From the NCBI GenBank assembly GCA_021162885.1, contig JAGGXV010000022.1, forward strand, positions 1 through 55,570: a stretch of DNA of 55,570 bases. The letters are read 5' to 3'. Both the position numbers and the translations under genes were made by a program. The DNA is from a bacterium. GTDB taxonomy: Bacteria > Patescibacteriota > Minisyncoccia > Minisyncoccales > CG1-02-41-26. How positions within the stretch are numbered: the first letter of the stretch is position 1; each line of letters opens with the position of its first letter. Shown piece after piece: positions 1 to 8,258 of this stretch. The notes beneath the pieces are model-generated. The model was not told the origin of the DNA, made no database searches, and was given only the letters and a program-made list of their open reading frames with translations.

Positions 1-83
1 CCAATCAATTTTAGCCAAAGCAAAAACTCTGCTCTTCGCAATTTTTAGTCGCCAATTGGGCGATTTTTTGGTAGAATGAAAAT

Positions 84-803
84 ATGATGAAAAACAAAAA
101 GGGTTTATTGGCAATTCTCCTGGGGCTTTTAGCCATTTTACTTACTCTATTAGGAGCGGATTTTCACCAGGGCCAGTCATCTCTGCCAGAAGCCAAAGAG
201 GTTAAAGTAGAAGAAATAATTGACGGCGACACCATTCGAGTAAGAAACCTTCAGAACAACGAAATCTTCAGAGTCCGCTATTTAGGAATTGATGCCCCCG
301 AACTTGAGGGTCCAGATTACCAATCCTGCTTTGGCTCTCAAGCTAAAGAGAAAAACGAAGAACTGGTTTTAGATCAAAAAGTGCTTTTGGAATTTGATAT
401 AGATAGGTATGACCGATTTGGCCGAACCTTAGCTTATGTTTACACTTTAGATGAAGATGGAGAAAAAGATATCTTTGTTAATCTTTACCTTCTCCAGGAA
501 GGTTATGCTCGATTTTATCTTGATAAACAAAATACCTTATGGCAAAAGGAACTAGCTGAAGCTGCCCTTTCAGCTCACGATGAGTTTTTAGGTCTTTGGG
601 GTTCTTGTGGTGAAGACCAGTTTGATGGAAAATGCCTGATTAAAGGCAATGTGGGCTATTGGGGGCAATCCTATCGAAAATACTACCATCTTCCAGGAGA
701 CAAATATTATTCACAAACCAAAATCAACCTTCTCAAAGAAGACCAGTGGCTCTGCACTATCGAAGAAGCCCAAGCCAAAAACTTCCGCCGAGCCCTTAAA
801 TAA
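84..803 (+). CDS. membrane-anchored/secreted staphylococcal-type thermonuclease (SNase fold) with Cys-containing C-terminal tail
   Basis: 239-aa ORF. It has an N-terminal hydrophobic anchor (LLAILLGLLAILLTLL) and SNase core motifs DGDTIRV, YLGIDAPE and DRFGRTLAYVY. The C-terminal tail IKGNVG..YYHLPGDKYY..WLCTIEEAQAKNFR resembles small tails seen on secreted nucleases. Confidence 0.85.
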   Translation: MMKNKKGLLAILLGLLAILLTLLGADFHQGQSSLPEAKEVKVEEIIDGDTIRVRNLQNNEIFRVRYLGIDAPELEGPDYQSCFGSQAKEKNEELVLDQKVLLEFDIDRYDRFGRTLAYVYTLDEDGEKDIFVNLYLLQEGYARFYLDKQNTLWQKELAEAALSAHDEFLGLWGSCGEDQFDGKCLIKGNVGYWGQSYRKYYHLPGDKYYSQTKINLLKEDQWLCTIEEAQAKNFRRALK

Positions 804-875
804 TGGTTCATTTTTGGACGATCGTCCAGATTTGAACCAATTTGCTTGACGGAAATGAATTTATTTAATAAATAA

Positions 876-917
876 GCCGCACTTCGGACTTCGGTTAGGA
901 GTGCGGCGCTTCTTTTT
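876..917 (+). terminator. rho-independent terminator after the nuclease gene
   Basis: The stem is gccgcact (876-883) / agtgcggc (900-907). It is followed by gcttcttttt. Confidence 0.6.
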
Positions 918-974
918 GAAACCAATGAATTATATTTGATTGATTTTTAATTAATAGTATGTTATTTTAATACA

Positions 975-1259
975 ATGAAAAAGGTTTTTTATACAGCGCA
1001 CTTGAAATTTAGATTAAAAACAAGAGAGATTCCTTATTCTCTCCCAAAGAAGATTTATCAAACCTCAAAAGAACATTATTTCGACAAAGAAACACTTAAA
1101 AAAGTAGCCGTAAAGAAAGTAAAATTTAAAAAGAGATTAAGAGAAATGGCAGTAATTTATGAAGAAATAAACAGTCAAATAAATCTCATTACAATCCATC
1201 CCTTGAAAAATTATCAGAAAATTAGTAGGATAAAATCAGGGAGATGGCAAAAGCTATGA
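975..1259 (+). CDS. hypothetical small basic protein, possibly the DUF4258-like toxin partner of the downstream DUF2283 gene
   Basis: 94-aa ORF that overlaps the next ORF by 16 nt. The N-terminal YTAHLKFRLKTREIP loosely resembles the H..R...R.I signature of DUF4258. The call rests mainly on pairing with DUF2283. Confidence 0.4.
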   Translation: MKKVFYTAHLKFRLKTREIPYSLPKKIYQTSKEHYFDKETLKKVAVKKVKFKKRLREMAVIYEEINSQINLITIHPLKNYQKISRIKSGRWQKL

Positions 1260-1489
1260 AAAAATTAAATTCTCAAAAAATAATAAGCTACGATCGAAAA
1301 AGCGATGTGCTTTATCTTGGAGTAAAAAAGGGGATTGAAGAAGAATTCGTTGAAGTTTCTCCGGGAATTAATGTTGAGCTTAACCAAAATGGTCAAGTAA
1401 TTGGCATTGAGATTTTGAATGCCTCTAAAATATTAAAGTCAGTAGTAAAACCTCTCCAGAAGCAGATCTTAGAACCAGCGATTAAATAG
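1244..1489 (+). CDS. DUF2283-family small protein (antitoxin-like partner)
   Basis: 81 aa. YDRKSDVLYLGV ... VELNQNGQVIGIEILNASK matches the typical DUF2283 pattern (YD..D.LYI ... G.IVGIEI..AS). Confidence 0.65.
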   Translation: MAKAMKKLNSQKIISYDRKSDVLYLGVKKGIEEEFVEVSPGINVELNQNGQVIGIEILNASKILKSVVKPLQKQILEPAIK

Positions 1490-1516
1490 AAAGCAAACTT
1501 GATTTTTATTATGCTA

Positions 1517-1556
1517 AAAATTCCGAAAACGGTTCTCGGAATTTTTTATTTTTTGA
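1517..1556 (+). terminator. rho-independent terminator
   Basis: aaaattccga (1517-1526) pairs with tcggaatttt (1536-1545). A T-run ttttattttttg follows. Confidence 0.6.
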
Positions 1557-1740
1557 AAAAGCTACCAAATTGGAGGATCTTTCAAACTTGAAACCTTTTA
1601 CCCTTCACTTTCATCATAACATTCACACACCTTACTTTTGATACCTGCGATCGCATGTACCAAAATGTAATTTTCTTAACTCACTGACGATCGTGGGTCG
1701 TTTAAGTAAATTGGGAAAATTAGTTTTTTGATGTAAAATT

Positions 1741-1778
1741 TAAATTGGGATATGAAAATTAAATTGGGATATGAAAAA
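1741..1778 (+). repeat. 19-bp tandem duplication spanning the dinB start codon
   Basis: taaattgggatatgaaaa occurs at 1741-1758 and again at 1760-1777. A third partial copy (taaattggga-aaatt) lies at 1707-1722. Confidence 0.9.
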
Positions 1779-2844
1779 TAGAATTATACTTCACATTGAT
1801 ATGGATTATTTTTTTGCTCAAATCGAGGAAAGAGAAAACCCTCAGTTTAAAGGGAAACCCGTCGTGGTTGGAGCTGATCCAAAAGAAGGAAAGGGCAGGG
1901 GAGTTGTTTCAACAGCAAATTATATTGCCAGAAAATATGGAATTCACTCAGCAATGCCAATTTCCAAAGCTTATCAACTTTGTCCGAAAGCTGTGTTTTT
2001 GCCGGTGAATCATGAACTTTATCAGAAAGTTTCTGAAAATATAATGAATATTGTCAAAAAATACTCTCCTCGTTTTGAGCTCGTTTCTTTAGACGAAGCC
2101 TATTTAGATCTATCAGAAACCGTCGTAAAACCATTGCTATGGCAATCTTATTACGATAGTTATAAAAAGGGAGAAGTACTGGCAAAGAAACTTAAGAAAG
2201 AGATTTTTAAAAAAGAAAAACTAACTTCAACAGTTGGTATAGGGCCGAATAAATTGATTGCTAAAATGGCTTCAGTAGAAGCTAAACCCGATGGACTCTT
2301 GGTGATTAAACCAAATCAAATTCAAAAATTTCTCAACCCCTTAGATGTTGAAAAAATTCCTGGAGTTGGGCCAAAAACTGCTGAGGTTTTAAGGAAATTA
2401 GGAGTAAATAAAATAAAAGAGTTAAGCAAAATTAAAAAATCAAAATTAAAAGAAATTTTTGGCAAAGTAGGGAAGGATATTGCTGATAAAGCCAGAGGGA
2501 TTGATAAATCAGAAGTTTGTCCAAAAACAGAGGTTAAATCTGTTGGCAAAGAACACACTTTCGACAAAGATACTCGAGACCCAGAAATTATTTTTCCAAC
2601 TTTTGAAAAAATTATCAAAGAAGTTTGGCAAGAACTTCAACGAGGAGATTTTTCAATTCAGGGAGTTAGCGTTATTTGTCGATTTCAAGGATTTGAGACA
2701 AAATCCAAACAAAAGAGTTTTGAAAAAGCAAAATCTAATCTTGAATTTTTAGAAAAAACTGCTAAAAAATTATTATTGGAACTTCTCTTAAAGAATCAAA
2801 ACTTGGTTAGATTAATTGGCTTAAGAGTGAAAGTTGAAGAGTAA
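1771..2844 (+). CDS. dinB: DNA polymerase IV (Y-family translesion polymerase)
   Basis: 357 aa. Motifs seen are ILHIDMDYFFAQIEE, SLDEAYLDL and a HhH region IPGVGPKTAEVLRKLG. Confidence 0.92.
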   Translation: MKNRIILHIDMDYFFAQIEERENPQFKGKPVVVGADPKEGKGRGVVSTANYIARKYGIHSAMPISKAYQLCPKAVFLPVNHELYQKVSENIMNIVKKYSPRFELVSLDEAYLDLSETVVKPLLWQSYYDSYKKGEVLAKKLKKEIFKKEKLTSTVGIGPNKLIAKMASVEAKPDGLLVIKPNQIQKFLNPLDVEKIPGVGPKTAEVLRKLGVNKIKELSKIKKSKLKEIFGKVGKDIADKARGIDKSEVCPKTEVKSVGKEHTFDKDTRDPEIIFPTFEKIIKEVWQELQRGDFSIQGVSVICRFQGFETKSKQKSFEKAKSNLEFLEKTAKKLLLELLLKNQNLVRLIGLRVKVEE

Positions 2845-2878
2845 AGGTTGAATAGAAAGTCAAATTGGTTTACAATAT

Positions 2879-4090
2879 ATGATAATGAGGTGGATAAAAA
2901 GAATAATTTTGGTCTTGGTCATTTTAGGAGTTGGTTTTTTTGGTTATCAAGTGGGAGTTTATGTTGGAGAAGAAAAAATTCTTGGCACCCCTCCTCAAAT
3001 AATAAGCCAAGATGGGGAAATACCTGAAAAAGTTGATTTTTCTGTTTTTTGGGAAGCCTGGAGAAAAATAGAGAGCGATTTTCTGAAGAAAGAAAAAATT
3101 AATTACCAAGAAATGGTTTATGGAGCAATCAGAGGAATGCTGGAAACTTTAGAAGATCCTTACACTACCTTTTTTGATCCTCAAGAGGCAGAAGAATTTG
3201 AAGAGGAACTTTCAGGAAAGTATCAGGGAGTGGGAATGATGATTGGAATTAAAGAGAATCAATTAACCGTGATTTCACCTCTTGAAGGAAGTCCGGCTCA
3301 AAAAGCAGGTTTAAGAGCTCGCGATAAAATTCTAAGAATTGATGGAACCTACACAAAAGATATTTCAATTGAGGAAGCAGTAAAGTTAATAAGGGGAGTA
3401 AAAGGGACCAAGGTTAAACTTTTGATTCAACGAAAGGGCTGGCCAGACCCCAAAGAATTTGAGATTCAGAGAGAAGTAATAAAAATCCCTACCCTAAAAT
3501 GGGAATTAAAAGAAGGCAACATCGCTTTAATAGAAATTTTTCAGTTTAATAAAATTTTGACTTCAGAATTTAAAAAAGCGGCCGTTGAAATTTTAAACTC
3601 TAAAGCCGAAAAGATAATTCTGGACCTCCGGAACAATCCAGGGGGCTATTTGGAGGTAGTCCAAGAAATTGCTGGCTGGTTTTTAGAGAAAGGTCAGGTT
3701 GTTGTCTGGCAGGATTGGGGGGAAGGCAAAAAGAGAAAGGCCTTTCGATCAAAAGGGCCTTCCAAATTTTCCCAATATCCAACTTTGGTTTTGATAAATG
3801 AGGGCTCCGCTTCTGGGGCGGAAATTTTGGCTGGTGCCCTAAGAGACAATCGCCAAGTTCAATTAATTGGAGAAACTTCTTTTGGCAAGGGCTCGGTTCA
3901 AGAGCAAGTTTTCCTTTCAGATGATTCTTCTCTGAAAATAACAATTGCCAATTGGCTGACTCCCAATGGAAATTTAATCGATGAGAAAGGGCTAGAGCCC
4001 GATATTAAAGTCGAGTTAACCGAAGAAGATTTAAAAGCTGGAAGAGACCCTCAACTTGAAAAAGCGATTGAGCTCCTGAAATCTAAGTAA
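2879..4090 (+). CDS. S41 carboxy-terminal processing peptidase with PDZ domain
   Basis: 403 aa with an N-terminal TM segment. The PDZ region is GVGMMIG..SPLEGSPAQKAGLRARDKILRIDG. Also present are LDLRNNPGGYL, GSASGAEILAGAL (Ser) and FGKGSVQ (Lys). Confidence 0.9.
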   Translation: MIMRWIKRIILVLVILGVGFFGYQVGVYVGEEKILGTPPQIISQDGEIPEKVDFSVFWEAWRKIESDFLKKEKINYQEMVYGAIRGMLETLEDPYTTFFDPQEAEEFEEELSGKYQGVGMMIGIKENQLTVISPLEGSPAQKAGLRARDKILRIDGTYTKDISIEEAVKLIRGVKGTKVKLLIQRKGWPDPKEFEIQREVIKIPTLKWELKEGNIALIEIFQFNKILTSEFKKAAVEILNSKAEKIILDLRNNPGGYLEVVQEIAGWFLEKGQVVVWQDWGEGKKRKAFRSKGPSKFSQYPTLVLINEGSASGAEILAGALRDNRQVQLIGETSFGKGSVQEQVFLSDDSSLKITIANWLTPNGNLIDEKGLEPDIKVELTEEDLKAGRDPQLEKAIELLKSK

Positions 4091-4160
4091 TAAAATAAAG
4101 TAAAAGTATCCATTTAATGAGGTGTCAAAATAATGTGTTTATTTGTTAAGAACTTCTAAT

Positions 4161-4616
4161 ATGAAAGTTATTTTACTAAAAGATATTGAGAAACTTGGCA
4201 AGAAATACGAAGTTAAAATTGTTAAGGCGGGCTATGCCAGGAATTTTCTAATTCCAAGAGGTTTGGCTAAAATCGCTGATGAAAAAACTCTGGCATGGGC
4301 CCGTAAACAGCAAGAATTGATGGAAAAGAAAGCCGAGAAAGAATTAAAAAAGATAGGTGATTTAGTTTCAAAAATAGATGGTCTCGAAGTGGAAATTCCA
4401 GTTAAAATAGGAGAAAAAGGGCAATTTTTTGAAAAGGTAAATGAGCAGAAAATTGCCTCTAAATTAAAAGAATTAGGATACGACATTAAAAAAAATCAAA
4501 TAGAAATTCCCCAAGAGATAAAAGAACTGGGTGAATTTGAAGTAAAAGTTAAATTTGAGCATAATTTGGAGGCTCAAATAAAACTGATAGTGGTTGAAGA
4601 GCAGAAAGGGAAGTAA
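4161..4616 (+). CDS. rplI: 50S ribosomal protein L9
   Basis: [36 protein letters not shown] is the canonical L9 N-terminus. I prefer the ATG at 4161 over the TTG at 4143 used by the ORF track. Confidence 0.92.
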   Translation: MKVILLKDIEKLGKKYEVKIVKAGYARNFLIPRGLAKIADEKTLAWARKQQELMEKKAEKELKKIGDLVSKIDGLEVEIPVKIGEKGQFFEKVNEQKIASKLKELGYDIKKNQIEIPQEIKELGEFEVKVKFEHNLEAQIKLIVVEEQKGK

Positions 4617-4648
4617 ATTATAAATTATTAACGCTAAATTGTAAATCG
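4614..4648. repeat. period-7 repeat filling the rplI-pyrG spacer
   Basis: Five phased heptamers: taaatta taaatta ttaacgc taaattg taaatcg. They start on the rplI stop codon. Confidence 0.8.
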
Positions 4649-4655
4649 TTTTTTT

Positions 4656-6308
4656 ATGGCAAAATATATTTTTATTGCTGGAGGTGTAATGTCGGGTATT
4701 GGCAAAGGAGTAGCTACTGCCTCCATTGGCAGAATTTTAAAAAGTCGAGGGTTCTCCGTTCAAGCGATTAAGATTGACCCTTATATTAATTTGGATGCGG
4801 GCACAATGAATCCAATTGAGCATGGAGAAATTTTTGTCACCGATGATGGAACTGAGTGTGATCAAGATGTCGGTAATTACGAAAGATTTTTAGATCAAGA
4901 TTTATCTACCGATAATTATATTACCACCGGTAGAGTTTATCAGGCAGTAATTGCCAGAGAAAGAAATTTAGGATACGGAGGTAAATGTGTTGAGGTGGTG
5001 CCCCACATTCCCGAAGAGGTAATCCGGAGAATAAAAAAATTAGAAAAGCAAAAGAAAGCCGATTTCTGTTTAATCGAAATCGGTGGGACAGTAGGGGAGT
5101 ATCAGAATCTTTTGTTTTTGGAAGCGGCAAGAATCTTAAAACTTCGATATCCCCGAGATGTCGTTTTTATTTTAGTAAGTTATTTGCCAATACCAAAGAT
5201 GATAGGGGAGATGAAAACAAAACCAACTCAGCACGCAGTAAGAACATTAAATACAGCTGGTATTCAACCAGATATTATAATAGCTAGAGCACAAGTTCCT
5301 TTAGACGCTCCCAGAAAAAGGAAAATTTCTATCTTTTGTAATGTTGCTGAAAAAGACGTAATCTCTGCCCCCGACATCAAATCAATTTATGAAATACCGG
5401 TTAATTTTGAAGAAGACAATTTGGGAAATCGGATTTTGAGAAAATTCAATCTAAGACAAAAAAAGAGCGATTTGAGAAAATGGCGAAAGTTGGTTAAGTC
5501 CATTGAGAATCCTGAAAAAGAAGTGAAAATTGGGATGGTTGGGAAATACTTTAAAACTGGAAAGTTCACTTTAATGGACTCTTATATTTCAATAATTGAA
5601 GCAATAAAACATGCCTGTTATTCTTTAAAAGCTCAACCTAAAATTATTTGGCTCCAAGCTGAAAAATACGACCCCGCAGAAAACCCAAAGGGTGCTTACG
5701 GCGCAAGAAGAGATCTCAAAAAAGACCTCAATAGTTTAGATGGTGTGATAGTGCCAGGTGGTTTTGGAAGTAGGGGAGTAGAAGGGAAAATTAAAGCCAT
5801 ACAATACTGTAGAAAAAATAAAATTCCCTTCTTAGGGCTCTGTTTGGGAATGCAATTAGCGGTAATTGAATTTGCCAGAAATGTCTGCGGATTGAAAAAT
5901 GCTAATTCGACTGAATTTTTGACAAATTGTCAACAAAATGTTATAGATGTAATGCCGGACCAGAAAGAAAAAATATCTCAAAGAAAATATGGCGGAACAA
6001 TGAGATTGGGCGCTCATCCTTGCCGTTTATTAAAGGGAACTTTAAGTCGTAAAATTTACAAAACTTCCCTTATCTCAGAACGGCACCGTCACCGCTATGA
6101 ATTAAACAATAAATTTAAAGAGATTTTAGAGAAAAATGGTTTGATAATGGCAGGCGTCAACCCCGAAAGAAATCTCGTAGAAATTGTAGAGATCCCAAAT
6201 CACCCTTTCTTTATAGCTACTCAATTTCATCCCGAATTTAAATCAAGGCCCCTAAGGCCTCATCCATTGTTCCGGAAGTTTATTCAGGTCTGTTTAAAAA
6301 AGAATTAA
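4656..6308 (+). CDS. pyrG: CTP synthase
   Basis: 550 aa. Motifs are KYIFIAGGVMSGIGKG, DPYINLDAGTMNP and a GATase domain with GLCLGMQ and HRHRYE. Confidence 0.97.
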   Translation: MAKYIFIAGGVMSGIGKGVATASIGRILKSRGFSVQAIKIDPYINLDAGTMNPIEHGEIFVTDDGTECDQDVGNYERFLDQDLSTDNYITTGRVYQAVIARERNLGYGGKCVEVVPHIPEEVIRRIKKLEKQKKADFCLIEIGGTVGEYQNLLFLEAARILKLRYPRDVVFILVSYLPIPKMIGEMKTKPTQHAVRTLNTAGIQPDIIIARAQVPLDAPRKRKISIFCNVAEKDVISAPDIKSIYEIPVNFEEDNLGNRILRKFNLRQKKSDLRKWRKLVKSIENPEKEVKIGMVGKYFKTGKFTLMDSYISIIEAIKHACYSLKAQPKIIWLQAEKYDPAENPKGAYGARRDLKKDLNSLDGVIVPGGFGSRGVEGKIKAIQYCRKNKIPFLGLCLGMQLAVIEFARNVCGLKNANSTEFLTNCQQNVIDVMPDQKEKISQRKYGGTMRLGAHPCRLLKGTLSRKIYKTSLISERHRHRYELNNKFKEILEKNGLIMAGVNPERNLVEIVEIPNHPFFIATQFHPEFKSRPLRPHPLFRKFIQVCLKKN

Positions 6309-6321
6309 GAATTAAGAATTA
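6301..6321. repeat. (AGAATTA)x3 heptamer repeat between convergent pyrG and rpmA stops
   Basis: agaatta agaatta agaatta (then the degenerate aggaata). The repeat contains the pyrG TAA and the rpmA stop. Confidence 0.85.
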
Positions 6322-6594
6322 AGGAATAACTTCTACTACTTTTGCTTTTCTTCGAGAACCGGAAAATCTCTTTTTTCTCTTAGTTTTAAATTTAACCACC
6401 CCTGATTTTTGAGCAAAAAGAGTATAATCTTTCCCAATCCCCACATTTTTCCCAGCTAAAAACTTTGTGCCTCGCTGACGCACCAAAATCTCGCCCGCTT
6501 TTACCTTTTGGCCCTCATATCGTTTAATTCCTAAATATTTTGGCCGAGAATCTCTTCCTAATTTTGTTGCTCCTTTTGACTTTGTTTTAGCCAT
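6319..6594 (-). CDS. rpmA: 50S ribosomal protein L27
   Basis: 91 aa. [53 protein letters not shown] is the canonical L27 sequence. Confidence 0.95.
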   Translation of the reverse strand: MAKTKSKGATKLGRDSRPKYLGIKRYEGQKVKAGEILVRQRGTKFLAGKNVGIGKDYTLFAQKSGVVKFKTKRKKRFSGSRRKAKVVEVIP

Positions 6595-6620
6595 AGTTGT
6601 GTGCTAAAAAATTGTAAACT

Positions 6621-6660
6621 CTGTGATAAGGCAATGATATCTGTGATAAGGCAATGATAT
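6621..6660. repeat. perfect 20-bp tandem duplication upstream of rpmA
   Basis: ctgtgataaggcaatgatat occurs at 6621-6640 and again at 6641-6660. Confidence 0.95.
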
Positions 6661-6812
6661 CAGATATTAAACAATTTTTCAAGATTCATTTAAACGACAT
6701 CCTTTTATTTTTACTAATTTTCCTTTTGTGTTTGCTCAGTTTCGGAGCTGGGATGCTAACTCAACACTACCTCCAAAAACCCCCATTAGAAATCAAGGAC
6801 GTGACTGAGTAA
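6654..6812 (+). CDS. possible 52-aa single-pass membrane peptide
   Basis: Hand-translated as MISDIKQFFKIHLNDILLFLLIFLLCLLSFGAGMLTQHYLQKPPLEIKDVTE*. It is below the ORF-track size cutoff, and its start codon lies in the second repeat copy. No homology evidence. Confidence 0.3.
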   Translation: MISDIKQFFKIHLNDILLFLLIFLLCLLSFGAGMLTQHYLQKPPLEIKDVTE

Positions 6813-6815
6813 GTT

Positions 6816-8258
6816 TTAGATTTTAAATTCTATTGCGTATTCCTCACTAGGGACGAGTAAAAAATAACTGTTCTTCATTGTCAGAAAATTATACCATAAT
6901 TTATATAAAGAGACAGTGCCCACTTCAATGTAAAGCGGATTTTTTGAATTCGAGTAAACTCCTAAATCCGCTCTCCCATAGTTTAAAATAGGTTCAGTAA
7001 GGGTTTTATAATGTTGTAATCTAAAATAATGAGAGATTACATCTATCATTCTCCTATGCCATTCTTCACCATGTTTACTTATTTTTTGAATTTTTTTCTG
7101 TTTCGTTAAACCACTCCATAGATCTTTTCCCTTCTTAGCTTTAAATCTGGTAGTTTCAACTTTCCCACTCGTGATTAAAATTGCTAACTTCCTCAAAAGA
7201 CATTCATCACAGTTAATTAATAAGTGTTTCTGTTTATAGCTCTCAGGTAAAATTGAGATATTGTCTTTGAGCCATGTTATTTCTTTGTTAATGCTAGTTT
7301 CAACAATATTCCAAGGGAGAAGCTGAGGTCTTGTTCTATCTTTATTTGAATCTTTGGTAGTGATAAATTTATTGGTAGTGATAAATTTATAAGTATTTAC
7401 TACTAGATCTTTATGGTGTGAGAGTTTTCCAGTAATCTTTATATCATTTTCTTGATTCAAAAGGATGAGAACGTAAGCATTTCGTAAATTTTCAGGAGTA
7501 AGCGATAAGGACAGATTAGCCTTTATCACATATTTTTTTACGATATTTTCTACAGAACGCGCCGTTAAACGAGAGGATGCTTGTTTTGGGCCTTTATATC
7601 TTATAAATAGTGCTCTTGACTTATCATTACGTTTTTGAAGATATTTCTTTAGCCAATTTACAGCATTTTTTGGGAGATACACGATAGTGGAATAAGAAAA
7701 TTTTTTATCAGGAATTTTTAGTTCTAATCTATTGTTATCCGATTCAATTTTTATTTCATCTCTGTTAAGAGCTATCAGATTTTTAAGCTTCAATCCAGTA
7801 GCCAAGAGAAGTTCTAAAAGAGCTCTATCCCTAAGACCTGTGATAGTAGAAGTTTTTGGAGCTTGGAGTAACTTTTTTATTTGGTAAAGTTCTAACTTTT
7901 CTATAGTTCGATGAGAAGAACCCTCGTGTTTTAATAGTTTAACCTTTTTAGGGTGTAAAGATGGAATATCTTTCTCAAGAAAGTATGCAAGTAAATTTCT
8001 GAGGCCTATTAAATATAGGTTTTGAGTATTATTACTTAAATTCTGTTTAGATAAATAAGCTTTATATTCATTAATAATTTCTTGAGATAATTTGTTAGGC
8101 AATAATCTGGTTCGAGAAGTTTTTTTGAGCCAGATTTCAAATTTATCTAGGAGTCGTGTATATGTCACAATAGTTCCTTGAGAGTATTTTTTATTTTCAT
8201 AATATTCTAAAAAATCTGAGATATGAGCAATTATAGGTTTTTTTGAAGAGTTATTCAT
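6816..8258 (-). CDS. tyrosine-recombinase-like protein with degenerate catalytic residues and a C-terminal PD-(D/E)xK-like extension
   Basis: The N-terminal SAM-like domain and catalytic-domain layout parallel the upstream paralog. However TGMRI becomes TGLKL (R to K), and HVLRH becomes ENLRN. LSHH..TYKF retains His and Tyr. About 170 extra C-terminal residues end in GRADLGVY..LYIEVGT (YraN/Hjc-like D..ExK-type spacing). I prefer the start at M28 (8258), which gives an 8-nt ATGAATAA overlap with the upstream stop. Confidence 0.7.
   Translation of the reverse strand: MNNSSKKPIIAHISDFLEYYENKKYSQGTIVTYTRLLDKFEIWLKKTSRTRLLPNKLSQEIINEYKAYLSKQNLSNNTQNLYLIGLRNLLAYFLEKDIPSLHPKKVKLLKHEGSSHRTIEKLELYQIKKLLQAPKTSTITGLRDRALLELLLATGLKLKNLIALNRDEIKIESDNNRLELKIPDKKFSYSTIVYLPKNAVNWLKKYLQKRNDKSRALFIRYKGPKQASSRLTARSVENIVKKYVIKANLSLSLTPENLRNAYVLILLNQENDIKITGKLSHHKDLVVNTYKFITTNKFITTKDSNKDRTRPQLLPWNIVETSINKEITWLKDNISILPESYKQKHLLINCDECLLRKLAILITSGKVETTRFKAKKGKDLWSGLTKQKKIQKISKHGEEWHRRMIDVISHYFRLQHYKTLTEPILNYGRADLGVYSNSKNPLYIEVGTVSLYKLWYNFLTMKNSYFLLVPSEEYAIEFKI
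7356..7391. repeat. 18-bp in-frame tandem duplication inside the recombinase-like gene
   Basis: ggtagtgataaatttat occurs at 7356-7372 and 7374-7390, within 18-bp units that differ at their last base (7373 t versus 7391 a). It encodes the repeated KFITT(N/K). Confidence 0.9.

Noticed and set aside
815-828. ACGATCGT-centred palindromes recur: tggacgatcgtcca at 815-828, gacgatcgtg at 1688-1697, ccacgatcgtgg at 30888-30899, plus one GCGATCGC at 1657-1664. This could be an iterated palindrome or restriction-modification-related motif.
   Set aside because: There are only three or four occurrences. My rough expectation is below one per window, so the enrichment is weak and cannot be judged without the whole genome.
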